Shown piece after piece: positions 50,100-60,250 of a stretch of DNA of 64,000 bases. The DNA comes from an uncultured Verrucomicrobiae bacterium (GTDB taxonomy: Bacteria > Verrucomicrobiota > Verrucomicrobiia > Chthoniobacterales > Terrimicrobiaceae), in contig CAVPOC010000008.1 in assembly GCA_963706955.1 (NCBI GenBank), positions 352,001 through 416,000 on the forward strand. The letters run 5' to 3'. Positions within the stretch are counted from its first letter, which is position 1. Each line of letters opens with the position of its first letter. The position numbers were made by a program, and so were the translations under genes. A model generated the notes under the pieces. That model was not told the origin of the DNA. It saw only the letters and a list, made by a program, of their open reading frames with translations, and searched no databases.

Positions 50100-51680
50100 A
50101 TGATCGAGTTTTTTTTCGCAGGACTGCCCATCGCGGTGCTGGTGGTTCTCATGACAAAGCCGAATCCGTTGCCGGCTCCGATCGCGTTTCTTCTGGCGGC
50201 TCTCTGTGCTTTTCTTGTGCGTCTCATCTATTTTCGCGCCGAAGTGCCCCTTCTGAGTGCGGCCGTGGTCGCGGGACTTCTGGAAGCCCTAACGCCAATT
50301 TCCATCGTCTTTGGGGCCATTTTCTTCTTCGTTGCCTTAGAAAAGTCCGGCGCCATGAATGTCCTCCAAGCGTGGCTTCGCGGTATCTCCAGCAACCGCG
50401 TGGCCCAACTCATGTTGGTAGGTTGGGCTTTCGTTTTCTTGATCGAAGGCGCCTGCGGATTCGGCACTCCAGCGGCCTTGGCAGCACCGATCCTCGTCGC
50501 GCTTGGTTTTCCGGCCGTCCGAGTATTATTGCTGTGTCTGATTTTCAATGCCATTCCAACGGTGTTCGGTGCGGTGGGGACGCCGATCTGGTTTGGTTTC
50601 GAGCTCCTTCAGCTGGGGCAACCTGAGCTCATCGAGATTGGCGGGAAGACAGCGCTCCTGCAGAGCCTGGTCGCGCTGATCATCCCGGTTATCTCCTTAC
50701 GCTTTATCGTCGATTGGGGGACCATTCGGCGAAATTTGGTTTTCATTTACCTATCTGTTCTTTCCTGTGTTGGCCCGATGCTCGCAGTGGCAATGGCTAA
50801 CTACGAGTTCCCCGCTGTCGTTGGTGGCGTAGTCGGACTAATCACCACGATCCTGCTTGCCCGATTTGAGATCGGGCTCGAACGGGGCGACGTCCGAGGC
50901 CCTCAGGGTCCGCTTCTCTCACGGCGCGTTGTCCTGGCGCTGACGCCCCTCATGGTTACTGTCGTGATCCTGCTGGTAACGCGCATCCCGGTTCTGGGTC
51001 TGCGAAGCCTGCTAACTTCTCCGGAACCGCACCTGAGGATTTCGCTCGGCGCGTTGGGCGAGGTTACAGTCAGTCCGTCGCTCGTTTTCCAGTTTCGAAA
51101 CATCCTTGGTCAAGGGCTTAACTGGTCGCATGCATTCCTCTACATTCCCTCCGTTATTCCGTTTTTTCTCACAGCGGGACTTGCGTTTGTTTTGTTTGGT
51201 TCGGCGGCTAGCACGACTTCCCTGGCCCTGCGCGAGACGGTGGCACGCATCGGCAAGCCGGTGATCGCCCTCTTCGGCGCCCTTGTCTTCGTGAACCTTC
51301 TGATGGTGGGCGGTGAACAATCCTCCACCATGATTCTCGGACATTCGCTCGCGCACGTAACCGGAGGCGCTTGGAAATACTTCGCCCCTTTTCTCGGCGC
51401 GCTCGGGAGTTTCTTTTCCGGATCCACGACCATCTCGAATCTGACGTTTGGAGGAATTCAAGCCTCAATCGCACATGACGTCGGCACGGATCCAGGGATG
51501 CTGCTCGCATTGCAGTGCGCCGGAGCCGCGATGGGTAACATCATCGCCATACACAACATCGTTGCCGCGTGCGCAGTGCTTATGCTCTCCAATGTCGAGG
51601 GCAAGATCCTCAAGGAAGCCTTTCCGGTCGTTGTTCTCTACGGACTACTGCTTGCTCTGGCGACGGCAATCCTCTTCTAG
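50100..51680 (+). CDS. Lactate permease (LctP/LldP family)
   Basis: IEGACGFGTPAA, FGAVGTP and FFSGSTTISNL, with many TM helices. Confidence 0.92.
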   Translation: MIEFFFAGLPIAVLVVLMTKPNPLPAPIAFLLAALCAFLVRLIYFRAEVPLLSAAVVAGLLEALTPISIVFGAIFFFVALEKSGAMNVLQAWLRGISSNRVAQLMLVGWAFVFLIEGACGFGTPAALAAPILVALGFPAVRVLLLCLIFNAIPTVFGAVGTPIWFGFELLQLGQPELIEIGGKTALLQSLVALIIPVISLRFIVDWGTIRRNLVFIYLSVLSCVGPMLAVAMANYEFPAVVGGVVGLITTILLARFEIGLERGDVRGPQGPLLSRRVVLALTPLMVTVVILLVTRIPVLGLRSLLTSPEPHLRISLGALGEVTVSPSLVFQFRNILGQGLNWSHAFLYIPSVIPFFLTAGLAFVLFGSAASTTSLALRETVARIGKPVIALFGALVFVNLLMVGGEQSSTMILGHSLAHVTGGAWKYFAPFLGALGSFFSGSTTISNLTFGGIQASIAHDVGTDPGMLLALQCAGAAMGNIIAIHNIVAACAVLMLSNVEGKILKEAFPVVVLYGLLLALATAILF

Positions 51681-51865
51681 CACCGTCAGCATATCATTGC
51701 GTCAGGATCAGGCCGCCTCCATGGTTTCTACATCCGGCCGCGGCTATCACCACCCCAACGGGAACCGGCAGACACGCGCTGGGAAGGCCGTGGGAGGATC
51801 TTTCAATTTGAGGTCGGCTCAGGAATTGCTTGTCATTGCAGCACGGTTTGGAATTGTGGCGTGTC

Positions 51866-52876
51866 ATGGAATCTGAAAAGCCGCAAGTCGCTGTCTACGA
51901 TACGAAGCCTTACGATCGCGAGTATCTCAGCAAGGCTGCTGGTGCAGAGGACTTGGACCTACGGTTTCACGATTTCCGACTGGAGGCAGCCACTGCGTTC
52001 GCGGCGGAGGGAGCAAAGGCGGTCTGCGTGTTTGTGAACGATCAGGTCCGCCGGCCGACTCTCCAAAGTCTGGCCGAGCGAGGCGTCGGCATGGTGGCTC
52101 TGCGATGTGCTGGCTTTAACAACGTTGAGCTCGAGGTTGCGAAGGAATTGGGGATCGCCGTTACCCGCGTTCCCAGCTACTCACCCCATGCGGTGGCCGA
52201 ACATACCATCGCGCTCATCCTCACACTTAACAGAAAAACTCACCGCGCCTACAACAGGGTTCGTGAACTCAACTTCGCGCTCAACGGTTTGGTGGGGTTC
52301 GATCTCTATGCAAAGATCGCGGGAATTGTGGGAACAGGCAAGATCGGGCGCATCGCGGCGCAGATTCTCAAAGGATTTGGCATGCGCGTTCTGGCGTTTG
52401 ACCCTTTCGCTGATCACGAGTGGGCCCGCGAAAAAGGAATCGAATACGTGGAGATTTCAACGCTCTTCAAGGAGAGTGATGTGATTTCCTTACACACTCC
52501 CCTCACCCCCGAGACAGATCACATTATCGGGCCAGAGTCGATAGCCATGATGAAACCCGGGGTGATGCTGATCAACGTCAGCCGCGGCCGTTTGGTTGAC
52601 ACGACTGCGCTAATCGCCGGCTTGAAGCGTGGACACATTGGAGGAGTCGCGCTGGATGTCTACGAAGAAGAGGAAGGAGTTTTCTTCGAGGACCTCTCTG
52701 GTATCGTGCTGCAAGATGATGAGCTTGCCCGCCTACTTAGCTTCCCAAACGTTCTCATCACTTCGCATCAGGCTTTTCTTACTGAGGAAGCCTTGCGCGA
52801 GATCTCCCGCGTCACCGTCGAAAATCTGCGCCGTTTTGCCAACGGCCAGCCGCTCCTCGAAGGAACGGCGGTCTAA
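51866..52876 (+). CDS. ldhA: D-lactate dehydrogenase (D-2-hydroxyacid dehydrogenase)
   Basis: LRCAGFNNV, YSPHAVAEH, GTGKIG, LDVYEEE and TSHQAFLT. Confidence 0.9.
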   Translation: MESEKPQVAVYDTKPYDREYLSKAAGAEDLDLRFHDFRLEAATAFAAEGAKAVCVFVNDQVRRPTLQSLAERGVGMVALRCAGFNNVELEVAKELGIAVTRVPSYSPHAVAEHTIALILTLNRKTHRAYNRVRELNFALNGLVGFDLYAKIAGIVGTGKIGRIAAQILKGFGMRVLAFDPFADHEWAREKGIEYVEISTLFKESDVISLHTPLTPETDHIIGPESIAMMKPGVMLINVSRGRLVDTTALIAGLKRGHIGGVALDVYEEEEGVFFEDLSGIVLQDDELARLLSFPNVLITSHQAFLTEEALREISRVTVENLRRFANGQPLLEGTAV

Positions 52877-53115
52877 GGCCCGCTGCCAGCAATTCCAGGT
52901 CGTCGAGGCACTGGACCCGTTTCTTTCGTTAATGATTTCTTAAGCTGCCGTAGTCCGTCCCCTGCGCAACGGTTATCATTTCCGGCATCTCGATTGCAAA
53001 GCTGGATGAAACTAAGGTCTTACGTTCTTTTGCGATGGCACGTTGATCGGCGCGAGAGCTTAGGGTCCCGACGAAGTTTTCGGAAAAGGCGACTTCTCTT
53101 TCGCCCTCTGTAGCC

Positions 53116-55821
53116 TTAGGCAGATTTGACTTGAGGGTAGACCAAACGAACGAGGACCTTCTCGAGTTCGACCACGATGAAGAAGACCACGCCTCCAAGG
53201 AGCAGCCATTTCCAGATCCAGAGCGGTAGGTTTTCGCTGCCGAAAATGTGGTGCATGAACGGTGCGTAGGTGAAGAGTGCCTGAAGCAGGACGACGCCGC
53301 CGATGGCCGCCGGGACGAGCGGGTTGCCCACGAGGGCACGAATCGAGAGGGAGGATTCAAATAAAAAGCGACTATTCACAAGGTAAAAGACCTGACCCAG
53401 GATCATCGCATTTACCGCGGCGGTGCGGGCAATTTCGATAGGCACGCCATGGTGGCTCAGCCAATAGAAGGTGCCGAACGTAAAAACCAGTAGCAGCAGC
53501 GAGATAAACGCGATACGCCAAATGCCGAACCGATTTAACAGAGGTTGATTGGCGATGCGTGGCGGCCGGCCCATAACATCCCGTTCGTGTGGCTCGAAGG
53601 AGATCGCGAGGGCCAGAGTTACCGAGGTGACCATATTGATCCAGAGGATCTGAGGGGGAGTTATCGGAAGCACGAGACCCAAGAAGATCGCCGCAAGGAT
53701 TGTCAAAGCCTGTCCACCGTTAGTCGGAAGCATGAAAAGGATGGCCTTCTCGATGTTATTGTAAACAGTGCGACCTTCCCGGACCGCAGCGGTAATCGAA
53801 GCGAAGTTGTCGTCGGCGAGGACCATCTCAGCGGCTTCCTTCGAAACTTCCGTGCCTTTGATGCCCATGGCAACACCGACGTCGGCTTGCTTAAGGGCCG
53901 GAGCGTCATTGACACCATCACCGGTCATGGAGACCACTTGGCCGGAAGCCTGCATGGCCCGGACAAGGCGCAGCTTGTGCTCGGGACTCGTCCGCGCAAA
54001 GACATCGATCCGCCGGCACTTGGCCTCAAGGGCATCGTCGTCGATTTCCTCGATCTGGCTGCCGGTGACATACGATTTGCCGTCGCCGATGCCGAGCATC
54101 TTCGCGATGCTGGCTCCGGTAACGGCGTGATCGCCAGTAATCATGGTGACGCGGATACCTCCCTGGTGACACTCCTTTACGGCGGCTATGGCTTCATCGC
54201 GCGGCGGATCGATGATGCCGACAAGCCCGAGGAGCACGAGTTCCTTGGTGAGGCCCTCGGCATGGAAAGTGGCTTCGTCGATCTTGGCGTCCGTTAGTCG
54301 AGCCAGTGCCAGCACCCTCTGGCCTTTGCTCGCGATCTCCTCGTTTTTCTTGCTCCAAAACTCACGGTCGAGCGGAGCCTGGATGCCATTAGAAAGTTCC
54401 TGACGGTTGCAGTAATTGATGACCACATCGGGAGCGCCTTTGACGAAAAGGAGCGAGTCGTGAAGAGTGGCCATGAACTTGTGCTCCGACTCGAACGGAA
54501 TCATGTTCGTTCGTGGGAGGGTGGCTATTTCAGTCTCCGCGGAAAGACCGACTTTGGCCGCGAAGGGCAGCAGAGCTCCCTCGGTGGGGTCGCCGGTAAG
54601 TTTCCACGCGCCATCCTCCTCGTGGATGGAGGATTCGTTACAAAGCACGGAGGCGCGGGCCATCGCTTCAAGAACGGGATTTTTGGCGGCGGGCTTGCCG
54701 TCTTTCAGAATTTCACCCCGGGGCGAGTAACCCTCACCCGTCACTTCGTATGAGGCGTCGGCGATCGCCACGGCGGAGACCACCATTTCATTGCGGGTGA
54801 GGGTTCCGGTCTTGTCTGAACAGATTCGCGATACTGACCCGAGAGTCTCAACCGCGGGAAGCCGTCGGATGATGGCGTGCCGCGCGGCCATGCGCTGGAC
54901 ACCGATGGCAAGGGTAATTGTGACGATGGCTGGGAGACCCTCCGGGATGGCAGACACGGCCACGCCGACGGTGGCCTTAAACATGTCCACAAAACCGATA
55001 TCCAGGAAGAGCCGGCCATACGCGAAGGTGATCGCGCAAACGATAAGGATTATGATAGTGAGGATTTTGCCAAACCTCTCGATCTGCCGGAGCAGCGGAG
55101 TCTCCATGGTCTTGACTCCCGAGAGCATCTGGTTGATATGCCCCAACTCGGTGTTTCCTCCGGTGGCGACAACAATCCCCTTGGCCCGACCCGAGACCAC
55201 GAGCGTGCCAGAATAAGCCATGCTCTTGCGATCGCCGATCTGAGCTTTGTCATCGACCGGATCCTCGATCTTATCGACTGGAACCGATTCCCCCGTCAAA
55301 GGCGCTTCCTCGACGCGGAGGTTCTTGACTTCGCAAAGCCGGATGTCACCGGGAATCTTGTCGCCTGACTGCAACAGGACCACGTCTCCGGGAACCAACT
55401 CTTCGGCTGAAACCATGCGCGTCTTTCCGTCGCGCACGGCCATGGCTTCGGATGAAAGCATGTTCCGGATAGAGTCCAAGGCCTTCTCGGCCTTTCCTTC
55501 CTGAACAAAGCCGAGCAAGGCGTTGATTATGACGACGCCTAAAATGACGGAGGCATCCAGCCATTCGCCGAGCAAGATCTTGCCCACGCCGGCGCCAAGC
55601 AGCACGTAGATGAGCACGTTATTGATCTGCATGAGGAAGCGCGTGAGCGGGCTCCTCTTGCCAGCAGTCGGCAACCGATTGGGACCGAACTTGGTCAGCC
55701 TCGCCGACACCTCTTCTGCTCGCAGGCCGGCGTCCTGATCTGTTCCCAGCTTCTTAATTAGCTCTCCAACCGGCAGCGCATGCCAGGATACATTGCTCTC
55801 GAGGGACCTGGATTCTGTCAT
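53116..55821 (-). CDS. Cation-transporting P-type ATPase (type IIA-like)
   Basis: LTGES, IPEGL, DKTGTLT, KGAP, TGDH and GDGVNDAP. Confidence 0.96.
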   Translation of the reverse strand: MTESRSLESNVSWHALPVGELIKKLGTDQDAGLRAEEVSARLTKFGPNRLPTAGKRSPLTRFLMQINNVLIYVLLGAGVGKILLGEWLDASVILGVVIINALLGFVQEGKAEKALDSIRNMLSSEAMAVRDGKTRMVSAEELVPGDVVLLQSGDKIPGDIRLCEVKNLRVEEAPLTGESVPVDKIEDPVDDKAQIGDRKSMAYSGTLVVSGRAKGIVVATGGNTELGHINQMLSGVKTMETPLLRQIERFGKILTIIILIVCAITFAYGRLFLDIGFVDMFKATVGVAVSAIPEGLPAIVTITLAIGVQRMAARHAIIRRLPAVETLGSVSRICSDKTGTLTRNEMVVSAVAIADASYEVTGEGYSPRGEILKDGKPAAKNPVLEAMARASVLCNESSIHEEDGAWKLTGDPTEGALLPFAAKVGLSAETEIATLPRTNMIPFESEHKFMATLHDSLLFVKGAPDVVINYCNRQELSNGIQAPLDREFWSKKNEEIASKGQRVLALARLTDAKIDEATFHAEGLTKELVLLGLVGIIDPPRDEAIAAVKECHQGGIRVTMITGDHAVTGASIAKMLGIGDGKSYVTGSQIEEIDDDALEAKCRRIDVFARTSPEHKLRLVRAMQASGQVVSMTGDGVNDAPALKQADVGVAMGIKGTEVSKEAAEMVLADDNFASITAAVREGRTVYNNIEKAILFMLPTNGGQALTILAAIFLGLVLPITPPQILWINMVTSVTLALAISFEPHERDVMGRPPRIANQPLLNRFGIWRIAFISLLLLVFTFGTFYWLSHHGVPIEIARTAAVNAMILGQVFYLVNSRFLFESSLSIRALVGNPLVPAAIGGVVLLQALFTYAPFMHHIFGSENLPLWIWKWLLLGGVVFFIVVELEKVLVRLVYPQVKSA

Positions 55822-55992
55822 GCTAGCAGTGTGAGATGACAGGCCACACCAAGCAAGACTTAGTGGGACATCCGTGCCGGCCCGTCGCGATCGCATTACA
55901 CCTCGAACGAATCGCATCCGCAAAGCGCAGGTAGGATCTTATGCTCGTCTCATGCGCTCGCAAAAGGAGTCGCTTGAAATGGGGGGCGTTGT

Positions 55993-56121
55993 TGGGGAGC
56001 ATACTCATCCTCGCGTGTGGTGTTCGGCGTCTCGCCGAACACGGATTTCCGGCGGGACGCCGGAAATTGCGCACGCAGGAGGGGTGAAGGGGCCCCTCCC
56101 CCTTCTGGCGTGCGCTCCCCA
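55993..56121. repeat. REP/REPIN-like multi-hairpin element
   Basis: Outer inverted ends tggggagc...gctcccca, with inner hairpins gtgttcggcg-tct-cgccgaacac, tttccggcg-gga-cgccggaaa and gaagggg...ccccttc. Confidence 0.65.
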
Positions 56122-56216
56122 GAACACGAAAGTGACGCGACTACAAATTTCCGCTGGGCTCTAAGTTCAACGACCGATCGCGGGGATGAAAATTGGCAGA
56201 GATATACAGTCGAAAG

Positions 56217-57383
56217 TCAGCCAACTTGGAGGCGACCGCCGATGCGCCCGTGCTTCACCATTGTGGCGAGCGTGTCGACCATGGCCCGGACGGCCAGCAG
56301 GGAGGTAATGTCGGAGATGTCGTAGGGAGGGGAGACCTCGACGACCTCCATGGCGGCGATGCCTTCTTTAGCAACCCCCTGGATGATTTTGAGAGCCTCG
56401 CGCGGCAGAAATCCTCCCGGCTCCGGCCAGCCAGTTCCCGGAACAAACCCCGCATCCACGGCATCGATGTCGAAGGAGAGATAGACCGCACTGGCTCCTT
56501 TCCAAGCCACCTCCAAAGCGATCTCGATGGTCTTGTCGATCCCAATGCGTTCAATGTCGCTGACCGTGAGCACGGTGGTGCCCCGCTCCCGGCCGGCCCT
56601 CACGCCGGCGCGCGGAACCTGCCAGCCGCCAATGCCCAGTTGCACCAGATTCGATGGCGGCACGTTGGCGAGGTTGGTGGCGTGGAACCATGGACAAGTG
56701 TGCATGATCTCATCCATGTCGCGCTCCTGGGTGTCCACATGCCGGTCCAGATGAATGATGCCGACCTTGCCCTCTACGCATTGGGCTACCCCTCGAACGC
56801 ATGGATAGCCAATGGAATGATCCCCACCCATGATCATCGGCAGGGTGCCTTGGGAAAGAATATGCGCCACCCCCTTGGTGATCTGGTCATGGGCCTTGGT
56901 GATGTTCGCCGGACAGAAAACGTCGCCGACATCGCACATCTTGAGCGACTCCCCTAAATCGACTGCGTGTTCAAAACTATACTTTTGGTAAAGCGCCGAG
57001 ATTCGGCGCATCCCCTGAGGGCCGAACCGTGTTCCCGTGCGAAAGGTCGCCGCAATGTCGAACGGAACGCCCACAAAGGCGACGTCGTATTCGCCCACTT
57101 TGTGAACGTCCTCGAGATAGGGCGCACGCAGGAGAGTATTGATGCCCGACCAATGCGGAAGACTGCCCCGCTGGAAGCAGCTGAACTCAGTCTTGTCCTC
57201 GATGGACTCCGCCGGCTCCAGGCCGAGTTCCTTGATGCGGAGATTGTCCGCCGCCCACTTCTTTTTCGGCAGGCTCGTCTCGCCACCTGCCGATTTCATG
57301 CCCTGGAATTGTCCGACATCCGGAAGCTTGCGATTGTGCTCCCTATAGTTTGGAGCATGGGAGTCAAAAAAGGCCACGGACAT
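56217..57383 (-). CDS. Ureohydrolase (agmatinase family), GdmH-like guanidine hydrolase
   Basis: GGDHS, DRHVD and FDIDAVD, plus an N-terminal extension (LGLEPAESIED...RGSLPHWSGINT), MHTCPWFHATN and PGTGWPEPGG. I recognise these as features of the GdmH/Sll1077 clade. Confidence 0.85.
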   Translation of the reverse strand: MSVAFFDSHAPNYREHNRKLPDVGQFQGMKSAGGETSLPKKKWAADNLRIKELGLEPAESIEDKTEFSCFQRGSLPHWSGINTLLRAPYLEDVHKVGEYDVAFVGVPFDIAATFRTGTRFGPQGMRRISALYQKYSFEHAVDLGESLKMCDVGDVFCPANITKAHDQITKGVAHILSQGTLPMIMGGDHSIGYPCVRGVAQCVEGKVGIIHLDRHVDTQERDMDEIMHTCPWFHATNLANVPPSNLVQLGIGGWQVPRAGVRAGRERGTTVLTVSDIERIGIDKTIEIALEVAWKGASAVYLSFDIDAVDAGFVPGTGWPEPGGFLPREALKIIQGVAKEGIAAMEVVEVSPPYDISDITSLLAVRAMVDTLATMVKHGRIGGRLQVG

Positions 57384-57925
57384 TTCCTGAAGGGCTGTCC
57401 AAGGAAAATCAAGCGAGAAAGGCGTCTTGCTGACGGTCGGCCGCTCCCCAAATCTGACGGCCAGCTCCGACGATCCCAAGCAGAGTTCACAAATGGAACG
57501 CTCACCGGGCGATGGGAAGAAGCATCGTTGCAGTTACGAGCAAGGAGGAAACAATTAGTCCAATAGAAAGGCGGTCGACTGCTCTGACCCGCCGACAAAT
57601 ATCCGCTCAGCACAGCGGTGAACGTCCTTGGATTGAGTCGTCCAAGCAGAACCTCTTCTTCTTGACTTGGGTCTTCTGCCTGTTACCAAGCACGCAACTT
57701 CCGGCGGTTATCGCCGAACATGAAAGCTCAAAAACGCGCGATGCCTTTGCTGACCGTTGCCGCCTCTTGCGCCAGCGATGCCATGTCGAATTAGGAGAAG
57801 CGAGCGGATTTTTGCATGGTGTCAGCCATGGTTTCGCCGGCATTACTATCTTTGTCCGATGATTGCGGCTCTCTGGGCAGCGCAGACTGGAGGCCACGCG
57901 ATTTCGGCGATCGCAAAAATGAGGT

Positions 57926-58423
57926 TTGGCTGAAGTGAAGACCGCGGCGCGCTCTTTGCTTCCGCGCTTTGTCGCGCTGCTGGTTTTCTGGTTGATCCTT
58001 GAAGGAGCAAACCCGCCTGGGCTACTCATCGGCCTACCGACAGCAGCCCTCGCGACCTGGATTTCTACAAAGCTGATCCCGCCCCGGGGCGGGTATACCT
58101 CTCCTGCAGCATTGCTTGCATTCTTCGGCCATTTTCTGTGGGGCTCACTGGTCGCGGGGATCGATCTGGCGATCCGAGCGCTGCACCCGCGGTTGCCGCT
58201 CCGGACGGGATTTGTCTCCTGCCCCTGCGCGATTTCTCGTGGGCCGCGGCGCGATCTTTTCCTGGCGACGAGCAGCCTCATGCCAGGTTCCCTGCCCGTA
58301 GAGGATGGAAACGGGCTAATTATCTTGCATGCACTGGATGTCGAACAACCGCACGCAGCGCAAATGGCCGAAACTGAGGTCCGATTCGCGGACGCTACGG
58401 GAGACCGCCCGCTCGATGCGTGA
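57926..58423 (+). CDS. mrpE: Mrp Na+/H+ antiporter subunit E
   Basis: SLMPGSL, LILHALD and two N-terminal TM helices; first gene of the operon. Confidence 0.85.
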   Translation: MAEVKTAARSLLPRFVALLVFWLILEGANPPGLLIGLPTAALATWISTKLIPPRGGYTSPAALLAFFGHFLWGSLVAGIDLAIRALHPRLPLRTGFVSCPCAISRGPRRDLFLATSSLMPGSLPVEDGNGLIILHALDVEQPHAAQMAETEVRFADATGDRPLDA

Positions 58424-58700
58424 GTTCTTCTTTGGCGCGGCGGGTTTGGTGCTTGCGTTGGTCGCTATCGGCCTGCTGCGCATCTTGCGCGGCCCGCAAA
58501 ACGTCGATCGAATGATGGCGGCGCAACTGCTCGGGAGCGGAGGCATTGCCGTCTTGCTGCTGGCTGCTGGGGGTGGGCTGCCTGGAGCTGCGGATGTGGC
58601 GCTGACGCTGGCGCTGCTTGCCTCTTTCGTCACGGTCGCATTCGTCGAGTGCGGAGCTTCGCGGCCAAATGCAGACCAGGAACGCGACAGAGCGGAATGA
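58416..58700 (+). CDS. mrpF: Mrp subunit F
   Basis: RILRGPQNVDRMMAAQL and DVALTLALLA. Confidence 0.88.
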   Translation: MREFFFGAAGLVLALVAIGLLRILRGPQNVDRMMAAQLLGSGGIAVLLLAAGGGLPGAADVALTLALLASFVTVAFVECGASRPNADQERDRAE

Positions 58701-58981
58701 GCGCGGCGCTCAATGTCTTTAGCGTTGCCGCGATTTCTTTAGGCGTGTTCTTCTTTCTCGCGGGGACGGTCGGTTTGCTGCGTTTTCCCGACACCCTGAC
58801 ACGCCTGCATGCCCTGACGAAGGCAGATAATCTAGGCCTTGGCTTGACGATGCTTGGGCTGCTTCCACACGTGGCGTGGCCGTTCGGCGCGCTCAAATTA
58901 TTCGCGATTTGGCTGCTGGTTATGGTGGCGAGCGCAGGTGCGTCACAGCTTGTGGCACGCGCGGTTCGGAACAAACCATAA
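58697..58981 (+). CDS. mrpG: Mrp subunit G
   Basis: GLLRFPDTLTRLHALTKADNLG. Confidence 0.9.
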   Translation: MSAALNVFSVAAISLGVFFFLAGTVGLLRFPDTLTRLHALTKADNLGLGLTMLGLLPHVAWPFGALKLFAIWLLVMVASAGASQLVARAVRNKP

Positions 58982-58982
58982 G

Positions 58983-59918
58983 ATGGAGCTGATTTTTTCC
59001 ATCGAACTGGCGGTGCTTATCGTCGCCTTGGCCGTCTATGTTGCCGTCGGACGTGGCACCTTTTCGGTGATTGTCGGTTTTGTCGCCTTTGGTCTCCTCC
59101 TCTCGCTGGTGTGGATGGGACTGGCCGCGCCCGATGTGGCGCTTACCGAAGCAGCGCTGGGTGGAGGGGTAACCGGCACCTTACTGCTGAGAGCGCACGC
59201 CAAGCTGCACCGACCGAAGGAGGAGCCAGAATCAGTCGGAATGTTCGAACGTATGGCAGCCCTCTTCTTGTGCCTAGGCGTTTCGGCGTGCCTGATCATC
59301 GTCGTGTTGACGCTCCCGGCTCCGGCCCCGACACTGGCCCCGGAAGCGCTCGCCCACCTGGCAGAGACAGGGCTGGGGAACGCGGTCACGGCGGTGCTGA
59401 TGGTTTATCGGGCCCTCGATACGTTGCTCGAAAAGGTGGTGCTCCTGCTTGCGCTGGTGGCGGTTTGGTCTTTGGCGGCCGATCGGAATTGGGGCGATCG
59501 GCCAGTGTTTGAAAGCCGTAAAGATTCCGAAGGGCCGCTCATCTTTTTGGCGCGTGTATTGATTCCCCTGGGCGTGATGGTCGGGATCTATCTCTTCTGG
59601 GTCGGGGCAGACGACCCCGGCAGCGCGTTTGCAGGCGGCGCAATGATCTCAGCAATGGCCCTTCTTGGATTTTTTGCCGGCGTCTACGCGGTTCCCAGAG
59701 TGGATGGAGTTTGGTTGCGGATTGCGCTGGTGATCGGAATTGCAGTCTTCCTCGTCATCGGACTGGCCGGCCTTGCCGCAGGCTCCGGCTTTCTCACTTA
59801 TCCGAGCAATTTCGCCAAGCCTGTCATCGTCTTGATCGAAATTGCGATGACCCTCTCGATCGGCGTGACCCTAGCGATGCTGGTGGTGGGACCGCCGGGA
59901 GAGTCTTCCCCTCCATGA
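58983..59918 (+). CDS. mrpB: Mrp subunit B (DUF4040 + MnhB domains)
   Basis: APDVALTEAALG, NAVTAVLMVYRALDTLLE and PGSAFAGG. Confidence 0.88.
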   Translation: MELIFSIELAVLIVALAVYVAVGRGTFSVIVGFVAFGLLLSLVWMGLAAPDVALTEAALGGGVTGTLLLRAHAKLHRPKEEPESVGMFERMAALFLCLGVSACLIIVVLTLPAPAPTLAPEALAHLAETGLGNAVTAVLMVYRALDTLLEKVVLLLALVAVWSLAADRNWGDRPVFESRKDSEGPLIFLARVLIPLGVMVGIYLFWVGADDPGSAFAGGAMISAMALLGFFAGVYAVPRVDGVWLRIALVIGIAVFLVIGLAGLAAGSGFLTYPSNFAKPVIVLIEIAMTLSIGVTLAMLVVGPPGESSPP

Positions 59919-60250
59919 GCGTTGCCGCCATATTCGGCATTTCCGCCTCCTTGCTCGTGGGGATCGGTCTTTACGGCCTGATCGTGCAACCGCATCCGTT
60001 AAGAAAAATGCTTTCGTTCAATGTCCTAGGGGGTGGAACTTTTCTCCTTTTCGGAGCGATCGCCCGACGCGGTGCAGCGGCCGGCTTTGGTGGTGATCCA
60101 GTGCCGCAGGCGCTGGTCATTACTGGCATGGTCGTGGCGTTTTCGGCGACGGCGCTGGGAGTGGCGATTCTGCTCCGTTTCTTTAAGGAGACCGGCCAAG
60201 CGTCGCTGCGCGATCCGATGCAATCCACGCCTACGGAATCGGATCGTTGA
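59915..60250 (+). CDS. mrpC: Mrp subunit C
   Basis: DPVPQALVITGMVV. Confidence 0.9.
   Translation: MSVAAIFGISASLLVGIGLYGLIVQPHPLRKMLSFNVLGGGTFLLFGAIARRGAAAGFGGDPVPQALVITGMVVAFSATALGVAILLRFFKETGQASLRDPMQSTPTESDR

Noticed and set aside
57384..57620. Guanidine riboswitch upstream of the GdmH-like gene
   Set aside because: There is only a partial resemblance (tcagcaagacg) to guanidine-III, with no guanidine-I core and no paired ACGR hairpins. Not supportable without cmscan.
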